Shown here piece by piece: positions 24,700-34,625 of a DNA stretch of 49,470 nt (positions are counted from its first letter, which is position 1; each line of letters opens with the position of its first letter). Source of the DNA: Octopus bimaculoides (lineage: Eukaryota); the NCBI RefSeq assembly GCF_001194135.2, contig NC_068982.1, positions 72,180,906-72,230,375 on the forward strand, read 5' to 3'. The position numbers were made by a program, and so were the translations under genes. The notes under the pieces were generated by a model, which worked only from the letters and a program-made list of their open reading frames with translations, was not told the DNA's origin and did not search any database.

Positions 24700-26802
24700 C
24701 ATACATACACACATGCCATATTTAAGATGCCCATTTTTTCCAGACAAATGTCTCCCCGCCAAAAATCACTCCTATATGTGAAAATTGGACTCTATACTCG
24801 AGTGCTTAAATACATTGAAAACTTTTTCTTCAATATGTGCTATTAAATTGGAGTGTGCTTTTATAGCATCAAATACAATGTGTGTGTATGTATATATATA
24901 TATATACAAACACACAACAGGTTTCCATTTACCAAATCCACTCTGGGGTATTCAAAACACTTGTAATGCCAAAGAGTGGTACCAAACCCATACCTGCGTC
25001 TATATATGTGTGTTTTGTAAATATCTAGCTCCTAAAGACAGCTCGTAGATTAGTCAATTCATAGTGTGCAAGAATTTTAAATGACACAATCTACTTCTAC
25101 CACTATCTTAAAAGAAATGTAAACATAAATGGCTCACTTTTTTTCTTCATAGTCAAACCGACGTCCGTAACGTTTACGGTGGAGTTCAATATGTTCGTTC
25201 TGCGGCTGAAATATTAAGAGAATTTAAAGGTTTTAAAAGAAACATTTTAACAAATTCAGTATAAATAGATGTTTGACATTACGTTAAACCAGGATTTGCA
25301 TATTTATTTTTAATATGGTCCAGTAAATTCAAATATTAAAATGCTAATCATTATTGTTTCGTTACAGAACAGCTTCTCCTTTATGATGAATGTGTGTTCA
25401 TAGCATTTGATTCATTAATCCAAGAGGCTCTGAAGCAACCCAGCGTTTCAACATCAATGTATCTCATCAGCCAGAGGCACTGATGAATATAAGACGAGCA
25501 TTGACTTGTGTTTATAACTTCAGTGAACTGTTTGTCGACCAATATTGATATCTGCCAACCGATATCATCATATGCACGGTGAACAACAAAAATCAAAACG
25601 TTCATGATTTATTACATTCGATGCCATTCAATTTAACATCAGGTTTATAGCAGTCCTATGCTAATCACGATACTCTTCCCAATTCTCCATGTATAACAGT
25701 ATGGAGCTTAACAGTTACAGAAAACATTGGAGTAGTAATTCCTTCATATTCCATAAAACTTCATTTGTTTAGCTGCACTCGTACAACTCACCTACATAGA
25801 TATAATTATTGGTTATGTTGAATGTCTGACCACCTTTGATTACCAACCCACCTGAGATCACTTTGGTTCAATGATACAAATACATTGTTTTAAAATGATC
25901 TAGAGTAAAATTCTTCAACAAAATCTTATGTTTGTTCTAAACACCAGATTAATAATGACAAAATTATTTTACAGAATTCATTATTTTCAAAATTAAGTGG
26001 AACACAGTATATTCCAACAGAAATATATATCCGACAGGGATCCACAGTTTCTGTCAACCCGATTTCTTTAACAGGGATTGTGTTGTCTTGACGCAATATC
26101 CAGACAATATTAATAGTAAATAATATTTTTATTGACACATAATTTTCGAAGTACACACATAATGAAGCGTAATAAAATACCTCGTTGTAAAAAACAACGG
26201 TAATTTCCTATTTGACGTGCTTAAATTTGAATTTGTTTGTTTCAATTTCAACTCGATTAACATGTCTTGTGGACACCCTGCTGCTCCTTGATTTATTGTG
26301 AATCCCAACGCAATACTTACAGATCAGCAGATACTCAATGAAAAGCATACAATTACGACACTGGCCCAATCTTTGTCAAACTCAGAGATTTGTAATTGCT
26401 TGGTATGCCTGCCGTGGATTGTAGTGCCCAGGGAAAAAACTCTATTCAAAATAAGTCTAACGTTTTTCCTCACTTTTTAATCGCTGTTCGCAGTGTGTAC
26501 TACTTATAATTATGAAATATTATATCGAAATAAACTTTTGGGATCACTATGATTTTACGAACGTCCAATAGGAAATTACCTAAACAAATAATTTCCTAAC
26601 ATAATAGGAAATGTAGCCATTATATACTTCTATAATATATTTGGCAGATACCAAAAGTTTTGGGGAAAATTGTTTAATGGAGTGTTTTGTATAAACCAAA
26701 TATCCACACGTGTCGACAAATATTTAACGATAATATAAACTCTTAAAGTATTCTATGATAATTAAATGGTGGAAATATTTTATTATAAACTTTACTTACC
26801 AT
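8885..26802 (-). CDS. NSA2: Ribosome biogenesis protein NSA2 homolog, complete spliced CDS (10 exons: 26800-26802, 25138-25205, 23372-23437, 22051-22104, 20783-20933, 19106-19190, 17307-17401, 13020-13160, 11474-11525, 8885-8952)
   Basis: Hand-spliced translation [30 protein letters not shown]...[18 protein letters not shown]...[41 protein letters not shown]...[45 protein letters not shown]...GCINAILLV* matches recalled NSA2 end to end. All introns are GT-AG, phases are consistent, total 783 nt (260 aa). Confidence 0.97.
10194..10575 (+). mobile_element. Full-length tRNA-derived SINE (family A)
   Basis: A box TGGCCCAGTGG, B box GGTTTCAATTCC, (CAA)n tail, TSD ATCAATTATA at 10184-10193 and 10576-10585. 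Confidence 0.9.
11474..11525 (-). CDS. NSA2: NSA2 exon 9 ([17 protein letters not shown])
   Basis: tttag|GTT ... G|gtaagt. Confidence 0.95.
12589..12637. repeat. (TA)n microsatellite. Others at about 2846-2879, 3315-3335, 8589-8617, 24660-24692, 32750-32790, 42065-42117, 49374-49420
   Basis: Directly visible. Confidence 0.95.
13020..13160 (-). CDS. NSA2: NSA2 exon 8 ([14 protein letters not shown]...TKGTIIE)
   Basis: cacag|GGT ... GAG|gtaagg; overlaps ORF 12963..13220. Confidence 0.96.
14335..14645 (-). mobile_element. Helentron/HINE-like non-autonomous element
   Basis: Terminal hairpin AATACCTCCG...CGGAGGTATT, internal GTTTGT repeats, other end GAGGTTTGCGCTCTCTG. Resembles recalled non-autonomous Helentron-type repeats; family assignment is from memory. 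Confidence 0.5.
14786..16774 (+). mobile_element. Internally deleted mariner element, interrupted by an RTE-tail insertion and an assembly gap
   Basis: Imperfect TIRs TACGAGGATGGCTGAAAAGTTCATAGGCTG / rc TACGAAGGTCAGCTGAAATGTTCAAAGGCTG with TA ends. HTH remnant [24 protein letters not shown]; C-terminal remnant [12 protein letters not shown]...GNYVEK*. Confidence 0.85.
17307..17401 (-). CDS. NSA2: NSA2 exon 7 ([31 protein letters not shown])
   Basis: tacag|AG ... ATG|gtaagt; overlaps ORF 17052..17435. Confidence 0.96.
17833..18170 (-). mobile_element. SINE family A copy
   Basis: Reverse complement of the 10194 copy, with small internal deletions. Confidence 0.85.
19106..19190 (-). CDS. NSA2: NSA2 exon 6 ([28 protein letters not shown])
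   Basis: ttcag|GGT ... A|gtaag. Confidence 0.95.
20783..20933 (-). CDS. NSA2: NSA2 exon 5 (IRMHE...KRKEKA)
   Basis: tatag|C ... GCT|gtaagt; overlaps ORF 20750..20965. Confidence 0.96.
22051..22104 (-). CDS. NSA2: NSA2 exon 4 ([17 protein letters not shown])
   Basis: cacag|G ... AC|gtatgt. Confidence 0.95.
23372..23437 (-). CDS. NSA2: NSA2 exon 3 ([21 protein letters not shown])
   Basis: ccccag|A ... AA|gtaagt. Confidence 0.93.
25138..25205 (-). CDS. NSA2: NSA2 exon 2 ([22 protein letters not shown])
   Basis: ttcag|CCG ... AA|gtgag. Confidence 0.95.
25370..26100 (+). mobile_element. Ancient, highly degenerate LINE reverse-transcriptase relic in NSA2 intron 1
   Basis: Frame-broken translation [14 protein letters not shown] / [11 protein letters not shown] / PFNLTSGL*Q / QGSTVSVN follows the order of RTE-like RT motifs (KAFDS..REAL, PEKL.NII.AL, PF.V.SGVRQG, YLGS.IS). 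Confidence 0.5.
26800..26802 (-). CDS. NSA2: NSA2 coding exon 1 (ATG only)
   Basis: Minus strand reads caaccaaacATG|gtaagt. The next exon starts in phase 0 with PQNEH and lacks its own Met. Confidence 0.8.
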
Positions 26803-26950
26803 GTTTGGTTGTTATAAATATGATCCTTTCTTCTAAAACGTGGGAAATTAATTTGTTTTTGACAAGAAAAACAAATTTCGTGTCAGCGACCGAGGAGCGT
26901 GACACCTTGAAAGGAAGTTTCTTGTGCGCATGTCCGTAAGGGTAATTAAG
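26803..26950 (-). promoter_or_regulatory. Probable NSA2 5' UTR / core promoter region
   Basis: Immediately upstream of the ATG exon. Locally CpG-rich (26880-26940), with GGAAGT (ETS-like) and TGCGCATG (NRF1-like part-site). TSS unknown. Confidence 0.4.
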
Positions 26951-29900
26951 TCACACATTATTATGGCGTCTGCTTGAAATTGCGTCAAACATACGTACAC
27001 ACACCCATGCAAACACGCACATATACAAAACTATCAGGGACCTATCTGCGGATGATGGATTTTCCAACAATAGCAGTAAAATCTGCCTCAAATTTAAACC
27101 TGCAATCTTAAAATAGAGTGTTACATTTGATAAAGCTGTTATAGATACACAATACCTCAATGAAAAAAAACGTAATGGCCGTAAGTGGAACACTTTTGAT
27201 CACAGATCTGCTCAATAAGGGCTAACTTTGGGTTAAACAATAACAACAACCCTTCTCATAGGTTTGCTCCATCAGGTAATTTTACATAGGCACCATAAAA
27301 AATTAGCAGAAGCATGGTATACAGCAGTTCAAATGAAGAAGATATTAGAATAAAAGGACGTATTCTAGAATCTTGTTGCTTAGTGTTTGACATTACGAGC
27401 TAAACCAAACAGGATACATTATATCATCATCATCATTTAATGTCCATATTCTATGTTGGGATTAGAGTCAAACAGTTCATCGGGATGCATTAGTCAGACA
27501 GCTGTGTCTATTTTGGCAAATTTTCTACAGCTTGGTGTCGTTCCTAATACCAAACCACTTTACAGAATGTACTGGGTGCAGTTTTTTTTCCATGGCACCA
27601 GCACTAATGAAGTCACAACATCATCATCATCATCATCGTCGTCGTTTAACGTCCGCTTTCCATGATAGCATGGGTTGGACGATTTGACTGAGGACTGGTG
27701 AAACCAGATGGCTACACCAGGCTCCAATCTGATTTGGCAGAGTTTCTACAGCTGGATGCCCTTCCTAACGCCAACCACTCAGAGAGTGTAGTGGGTGCTT
27801 TTTAGTGGCTAACTTTGGGTTAAACAATAACAACAACCCTTCTCATAGGTTTGCTCCATCAGAAGTGAACTTTATTTAAATTAACATGAATTTTTCTGCA
27901 ACATAGGTTATGTATATTATTGTACTTTACAGAAAATAAAAAAATTTCGAGCTGGCATGGCTGTATTGTAAGTAGCCTCCCTATCACATAGATCTGGGTT
28001 CACTCCCACTGCATGGCATCTTGTGCAGGTGTCTTCTACTGTTGCCTCAGGCCAACCAAAGCCTTGTGAGTGGGTTTGGTAGACGGAAACTCAAAGAAGA
28101 CCATCGTATATGTGTGTAAATGTGTGTGTGAGTGTGTGTGTGTGTTCACAACCACTGCTTGACAACTTGTGCCGGTGGCATGGGAACAAAACATTGGACT
28201 GATTCCTGTGCAGGTGGCACGTAAAATACACCATTTGAGGGTGGCCGTTGCCAGTACCGCCGGACTGGCCCTCGTGCCGGTGGTACGTAAAAAGCACCCA
28301 CTACACACTTGGAGCGGTTGGTGTTAGGAAGGGCATCCAGCTGTAGAAACTCTGCCAGATCAGATTGGAGTCTGGTGTAGCCATCTGGTTTCACCAGTCC
28401 TCAGTCAAATCACCCAACCTATGCTAGCATGGAAAGTGGACGTTAAATGATGAGGATGACTTAGTAGTGAGAGTGTTCAGCTTATTATCATAATGTCAGG
28501 GATTCGATTCTTGGACCAGGTTGTGTGTTATGCTTTGAGTATAGAACTTTATTTTAGGTTGTTCTAGTCTACCTTGTTATGACAAGTGCCAGCCCCCCCC
28601 TCTTACCAGCCAGTACATTGTTGACATCCTGCTTAGGCAAGGAGCTGGATGGGTGGCTATACCTTCTTGCATTTATATTTACATAGGCCCCATAAAAAAT
28701 TAGCAGAAGCATGGTATACAGCCCCCTTTTACTGAAGTTGGTCATTTCCTCTCCCTTAACTCTCCTCATCATATCATGTAACATTAACCAATGACATCTC
28801 AACCTTAGGCAATTTCTACAGTTGCATTTATTCTTCCTTTTTCCCAACTTACCATTCCTCAACACTTCTTCATTATATTCTCTACCTGTTTCCTTTAAGG
28901 TGGCAAACCAGCAGAAGTATTAGCAAGCCAGGCAGAACGCTTAGCAGCATTTTGTCCATCCTTATGTTCTGAATTCAAACTCCACCGAGGTTGATCTTGC
29001 TTTTCATCTTTTGGGATCGATAAATTAAGTATCACTGGGGTCGATGTAATCAACTAGTCCCCTCCCCCAAAATTTCATGCCTGTGCCTATAGTAGAAAGG
29101 ATTATATTCCCTGTCCCTCTTTCACCCATTCAAGCTCTACCCACCTACTACTTCCTATTCTCTTGGAGTGGTTGGTGTTAGAAAGGCTCCCCAGCTTACC
29201 AGTTTTCAGTCAAACCATTCAACCCATGCCAGCATAGAAAACGGATTTTAAACAATAATGATGACGAAGATGTTGACATCTGAGTAACATATTGTGACTT
29301 ATATAGCAGTATTGTCTGTGTCAAGGGTCTGAATATTCACACTATACATGTAGATACTTGTGAGTGTGTGCATGTGTACGCATTTGTATATGTGTAAACA
29401 GAAAAATCTAAATGCAGGTTTTATATATATATATATGTGTGTGTGTGTCAGTGCAAATGATTTATTCAGGAACTGCTTCATAGATCAGTGGTTCTCAACC
29501 AGGTTCCAAATACGATTTTATCATTAAAAATATATCTGTAATAAATTGGATTTACTTCTACAATACACAAAATATTTTTTAAAATGTTGTTTTCATAAAA
29601 TTCCTAATAATATTTAACTATAAAAATGATTTTTTAAACATTAAATGGCCACAAGGGTCTATCCAAGTAAAATAGAGACTAAAGGGACCCATGGGTAAAA
29701 ACCCTGCTATAGGCGGACCCCTTCCTGTTGTTTAACTCTTACTTGTTTTTGAGAGGTTGAGAAGCTTGCTTCCCAACCATGTAGTTCTGGGTTCAGTCCC
29801 ACAGCATGGCACCTTGGACAAGTGTCTTTAATTATAGGTTTTGAGCCAACCATAATCTCATAAGCAGAATTTGTTGGAACTATAAAAAAAAAAATCTTGA

Positions 29901-30094
29901 GTGTGTGTGTATGTATATGTTATATATAAATCTTCTATCTTTCATCTCTTTCAGTCATTAGACCATGGTGATGCTGGGGCATTGCCTTGAAGAACTTTTA
30001 GTCAACTGAATCAACTCCAGTACTTTTCTTCTTTTTAAAGCCTGGTACTAATTCTATTAGTCTCTTTTTGCTGAACTGTTAAGTTACAGGGACA

Positions 30095-30572
30095 GGCGTG
30101 GCTGTGTGGTAAGAAGCTTGCTTTCTAAGCACATGGCTCCAGGTTTAGTCCCAATGTGTGGTACCTTGGCCAAGTGTCTTCTACTAAAGCCTCAGGCTGA
30201 CCAAAGTCTTGTGAGATGGAAACTGAAAAAAGCTTGTTGTATATTTTGCCATGAGAGGAAAATGTTGCTATCGATCTATTTTATTCAAGGTAGGCAGTGC
30301 CTGCCTTGAATAAAATAGATCGATAGCAACATGTGTATGTGTGTGTGTAAACTTGTGTGTCATTGTCCGTGTTTGTCCCCACCATCACTGCTTGACAGAC
30401 GGTGTTGTGTGTTTATCTCCCCATAACTTAGCAGTTCGGTAAAAGAGACTGATAGAGTAAGTACTAGGGTTTAAAAAAAAGTCCTGGGGGGGCGATTCAT
30501 TCAACTAAAATCCTTCAAGGTGGTGCTCCAGCATGGCTGCAGTCAAATGCTTGAAACAAGTAAAATAATAAA
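30095..30572 (+). mobile_element. tRNA-type SINE family D. Other copies at about 3346-3700, 8640-8810, 12640-12770(-), 27950-28110, 29755-29910, 30590-30735(-), 44110-44270(-), 44985-45150(-), 46365-46530(-)
   Basis: GGCGTGGCTGTGTGGTAAG head, GGTT.AGTCCCA box, ccttgggcaagtgtcttctactatagcc core, variable central microsatellite, tail ...cagcatggccgcagtc...gaaacaagtaaaagaataaa. Confidence 0.8.
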
Positions 30573-30754
30573 AGTGTGTATATATATAAAAAACAGGCTT
30601 CTTTCAGTTTCTGTCTACCAAATCCATTGACAAGGCACTGGTCAGCCCGATGCTGTAGTAGAAGACACTTGCTCAAGGTGTCACACAGTGGGACTGAACC
30701 CGGAACCATGTGACTGGGAAGCAATGCCATGCTTGCACCTCCCATTTAAATATA

Positions 30755-31743
30755 AAATGTATCTCATTCCAGGGTGAAAAACTGGAGGTAGTCGATAGCT
30801 TCCGCTATCTGGGCGACCAAGTTAGTAGTGGGGGTGGGTGCACTGAAAGTGTAGCTGCTAGAATAAGAATAGCCTGGGCAAAGTTTAGAGAGCTCTTACC
30901 CCTGCTGGCGACAAAGGGACTCTCACTCGGAGTAAAAGGCAGACTGTATGATGCATGCGTACGAACAGCCATGCTACATGGCAGTGAAACATGGGCTGTA
31001 ACTGCTGAGGACATACGTAAGCTCGCAAGGAATGAAGCCAGTATGCTCCGTTGGATGTGTAATGTCAATGTGAATACCCGTCAGAGTGTAAGTATCTTGA
31101 GAGAAAAGCTGAACANNNNNNNNNNNNNNNNNNNNNNNNNNNNNNNNNNNNNNNNNNNNNNNNNNNNNNNNNNNNNNNNNNNNNNNNNNNNNNNNNNNNN
31201 NNNNNNNNNNNNNNNNNNNNNNNNNNNNNNNNNNNNNNNNNNNNNNNNNNNNNNNNNNNNNNNNNNNNNNNNNNNNNNNNNNNNNNNNNNNNNNNNNNNN
31301 NNNNNNNNNNNNNNNNNNNNNNNNNNNNNNNNNNNNNNNNNNNNNNNNNNNNNNNNNNNNNNNNNNNNNNNNNNNNNNNNNNNNNNNNNNNNNNNNNNNN
31401 NNNNNNNNNNNNNNNNNNNNNNNNNNNNNNNNNNNNNNNNNNNNNNNNNNNNNNNNNNNNNNNNNNNNNNNNNNNNNNNNNNNNNNNNNNNNNNNNNNNN
31501 NNNNNNNNNNNNNNNNNNNNNNNNNNNNNNNNNNNNNNNNNGAGCGTGGCCGTTTTCGTGCGGGTGACACGTAAAAGCACCCACTACACTCTCTTAGTGG
31601 TTGGCGTTAGGAAGGGCATCCAGCTGTAGAAACTCTGCCAAATTAGATTGGAGCCTGGTGTTGCCATCCGGTTTCACCAGTCCTCAGTCAAATCGTCCAA
31701 CCCATGTTAGCATGGAAAGCGGACGTTAAACGATGATGATGAT
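30755..31743 (+). mobile_element. 5'-truncated RTE-clade LINE (RT C-terminus plus 3' tail), gap inside
   Basis: LEVVDSFRYLGDQVSSGGGC...RIRIAWAKFRELLP...KGRLYDACVRTAMLHGSETW...EASMLRWMC; tail ends ggaaagcggacgttaaacgatgatgatgat. Confidence 0.9.
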
Positions 31744-31929
31744 ATGCATTTGTGTATATGTCCATGTCTTTTCATGCCTGGCCATGGGGAAAATATTCCC
31801 TAGCTTGGAAATAGGTGAGGGGAGTGGAAACAAAATGAGCATCTGCCCTTTGAAATCCTACCTCAACAAATTGTGTCCCACCATTGCAAGTATGGAAAAG
31901 TAAATGTAAAAAGTAAAAAGGGAAACACT

Positions 31930-32580
31930 ATGTGACAAGGTGGAAACGGTGAGAGGGTTTTGTTATTTGGGAGATAGGGTGGATGTGAAACAGTTGTGAC
32001 AGCAAGAGCGAGACTTGGCTGGGTGAAGTTCAGGGAATGTGGAGCATTGTTAGATGGGAAAAGGTTCTCATTGGAAATGGAAGGAAAAGTCTATAGGAGT
32101 TGTGTGAGAGCTGCAATGCTATATGGGAGTTAGACATGGTGTCTGAGGGAAAGCAAAATGGCAATTTTGAGAAGGGCCAAGAGAGAGCAGTGGTGAGATA
32201 AATGTGTGGCGTGAGGCTATTTGATAAGAGGTGGACGAAGGACTTGATGGGGATGCTGGGGTCAGAGGAATCAGTGGAATGGCTGGCAAGGGCGAATGGA
32301 ATCCAGTGGAATGGGCATGTGTTGGGGAGGGATGAGGAGCATGTTCTGAAGAGGGTGCTAGAGTTTGAGGTAAATGAACAGCGAAAGCAAGATGGACCGA
32401 GGAAAATGTGGAGAGGACAGATAGAAGAGATTGGGAGGGTTGACTTCAGAAGAGAGGACACCCGAAAATAGGCAAGATGGGGAGATGGTGTGAGGGCAGT
32501 TGCTATGGCATTGAAGTAGATCTGGCTACCCCTATTAACAGGGCAAAACCTGGATTCAAAATGATGGATGATGATGATGA
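31930..32580 (+). mobile_element. Older RTE-clade LINE fragment (second subfamily)
   Basis: VETVRGFCYLGD...GWVKFRECGALL...KVYRSCVRAAMLYGS*TW...MCGVRLFDKR...WNGHVLGRDEEHVLKRVLEFEV, with stops and frameshifts. Confidence 0.85.
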
Positions 32581-32748
32581 CAATGAAGCACATGACAACA
32601 ATATCTTGAATTAAATTAGTCAAAATTGAAAATGTTTTAGAGAATTTTATTGACCAAACGCTCTTGTACATAGACTAAAGTGTGTGTGTGCGTGTGTGTA
32701 TATCCATACATATATATTTGCATATATTTATATATGTAGATATTTGTA

Positions 32749-32796
<48 letters not shown>

Positions 32797-33924
32797 CACA
32801 TACATACATACATACATACATATATGTATATATAAAGGGAGACATATAGAGAATGGCACCACCAGAAGAATTTATAATGAAACAGTAAGCAGTGAGTATA
32901 GTTTAACAGAGGCACATCAATTAAGGAATGGTACCAAAGAGCCATTCCAAAACTTGGCAATCGTGAAGGAAAAAAAAAACAGGTGTACCTGCAAAAAAAG
33001 AAAAGAAAAAGAAAATCAATATAAAAAAAAAAAAACAGTTTGGTGAAGTATATACTCTGACATAGGAGTGTTATTTAACATCCATTTTTTCATGCTAGTA
33101 AGGGTTAGATGAGGAGTTTATTCAGAGCAGAATTTTACAGCTTTCAAAAAAATACATGCTTCTGACAAATTTATTTTTTATCAATGATCCAAGTCTATTA
33201 CAAACAACTGATGTAAATATAAACTCGCTGTTGCATCCCTGGGTATATTCTTTATGGCATTCCAGTTACAAAAATACTGTTTTTTTTTCATTTACTCTTT
33301 TACTAGTTTCATTATTGCACTGTGACCCTGTTAGGGTTCCGCCTTCAAGTGTTTTAGTTGTGTCAACCTACAACCTAGCACTTGGTCTGTATTATTTTGT
33401 CAATATCTATTCAGCAAATGGTTAAGTTCACTTTATTCATTTACATTCACTTTTTTTTTTAGAGTTATTTCCCTTCAGGAACATCACTACCACCACGTCT
33501 ATACATACACGCACACGGCAAACTTCTGCACAGTTCCCACCACTCAATTTCTATTCACAAGGTATTGGTCAACCCAGAACCACATGGCTGTGAAACTAAC
33601 TCCTTAACCATATAGCCATGCTTGGGTACATATTGAAGCATTTTGGGATTTTATTGTTCCATTCAGCCACAGCACCTTTGTCATGAAGCCTACATTGAAA
33701 CGTAAGATATTTGATAAAAAACATTAGATATTTAATTTAAATAGCACTATTTCCACCACCCAGCCTACAAGAAGAAGCCTCCATATAGTTGCTTGGTCTA
33801 TCAGAAATAAGTCAGACTTCCCTCGTAAAACACTATGCTATCATGAAAAAGGAACATCACACCAGAAAGGCTCTGTGGATGATGTATTCCTAGGTATGAT
33901 CATAACTCTTCCTAATCAGGAGTA

Positions 33925-34296
33925 TGTTGTTGGCACTCCGTCGCTTACGACGTTGAGGGTTCCAGTTGATCCGATCAACGGAACAGCCTGCTCGTGAAAT
34001 TAATGTGCAAGTGACTGAGCACTCCACAGACACGTGTACCCTTAATGTAGTTCAGCGTGACATAGTGTGACAAGGCTGACCCTTTGAATTACAGGCACAA
34101 CAGAAACAGGAAGTAAGAGTGAGAGAAAGTTGTGGTGAAAGAGTACAGCAGGGTTCGTCACCATGCCCTGCCGGAGCCTTGTGGAGCTTTAGGTGTTTTC
34201 GCTTAATAAACACTCACAACGCCCGGTCTGGGAATCGAAACCGCAATCCTATGACTGCGAGGCCGCTGCCCTAATCACTGGGCCATTGTGCCTCCA
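33925..34296 (-). mobile_element. SINE family A copy
   Basis: Reverse complement of the 10194 copy; TSD CTAATCAGGAGTA at 33912-33924 and 34297-34309. Confidence 0.9.
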
Positions 34297-34476
34297 CTAA
34301 TCAGGAGTAACATGGGATCTAAAGAGCAACAACAACAACAACAACAACAACGACTCACCTTGCAACAAATAACAAAACAAAATGGAACAGAAGAAGACAA
34401 ATGTTATTTCAGAAGAGAAAGAATGTTTTAGATGTGTTCAATAGAGAAGAAACAACGTACATATTGATTTATTGAT

Positions 34477-34625
34477 CTAGAATTTTTCTTCAGCATCAAG
34501 TATTTTACTCTGGTTCAGATCCTTGAAACGTTCAATGATGTTGACAATGCTATGTTCACCATGGACCTTGTTATCTCGGGTACGTACATTAGTAGTTAGA
34601 TTCTGCACCTCTTTCTCACCAACAA
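34477..34625 (-). CDS. TARS1: TARS last coding exon ([23 protein letters not shown]...AEEKF*)
   Basis: ttcag|TT ... TAG. Confidence 0.95.

Noticed and set aside
33245-33275. Plus-strand LWHSS resembling the ThrRS YWHSS motif
   Set aside because: Only a 4-residue match, wrong order relative to the TGS exon, flanks do not match.
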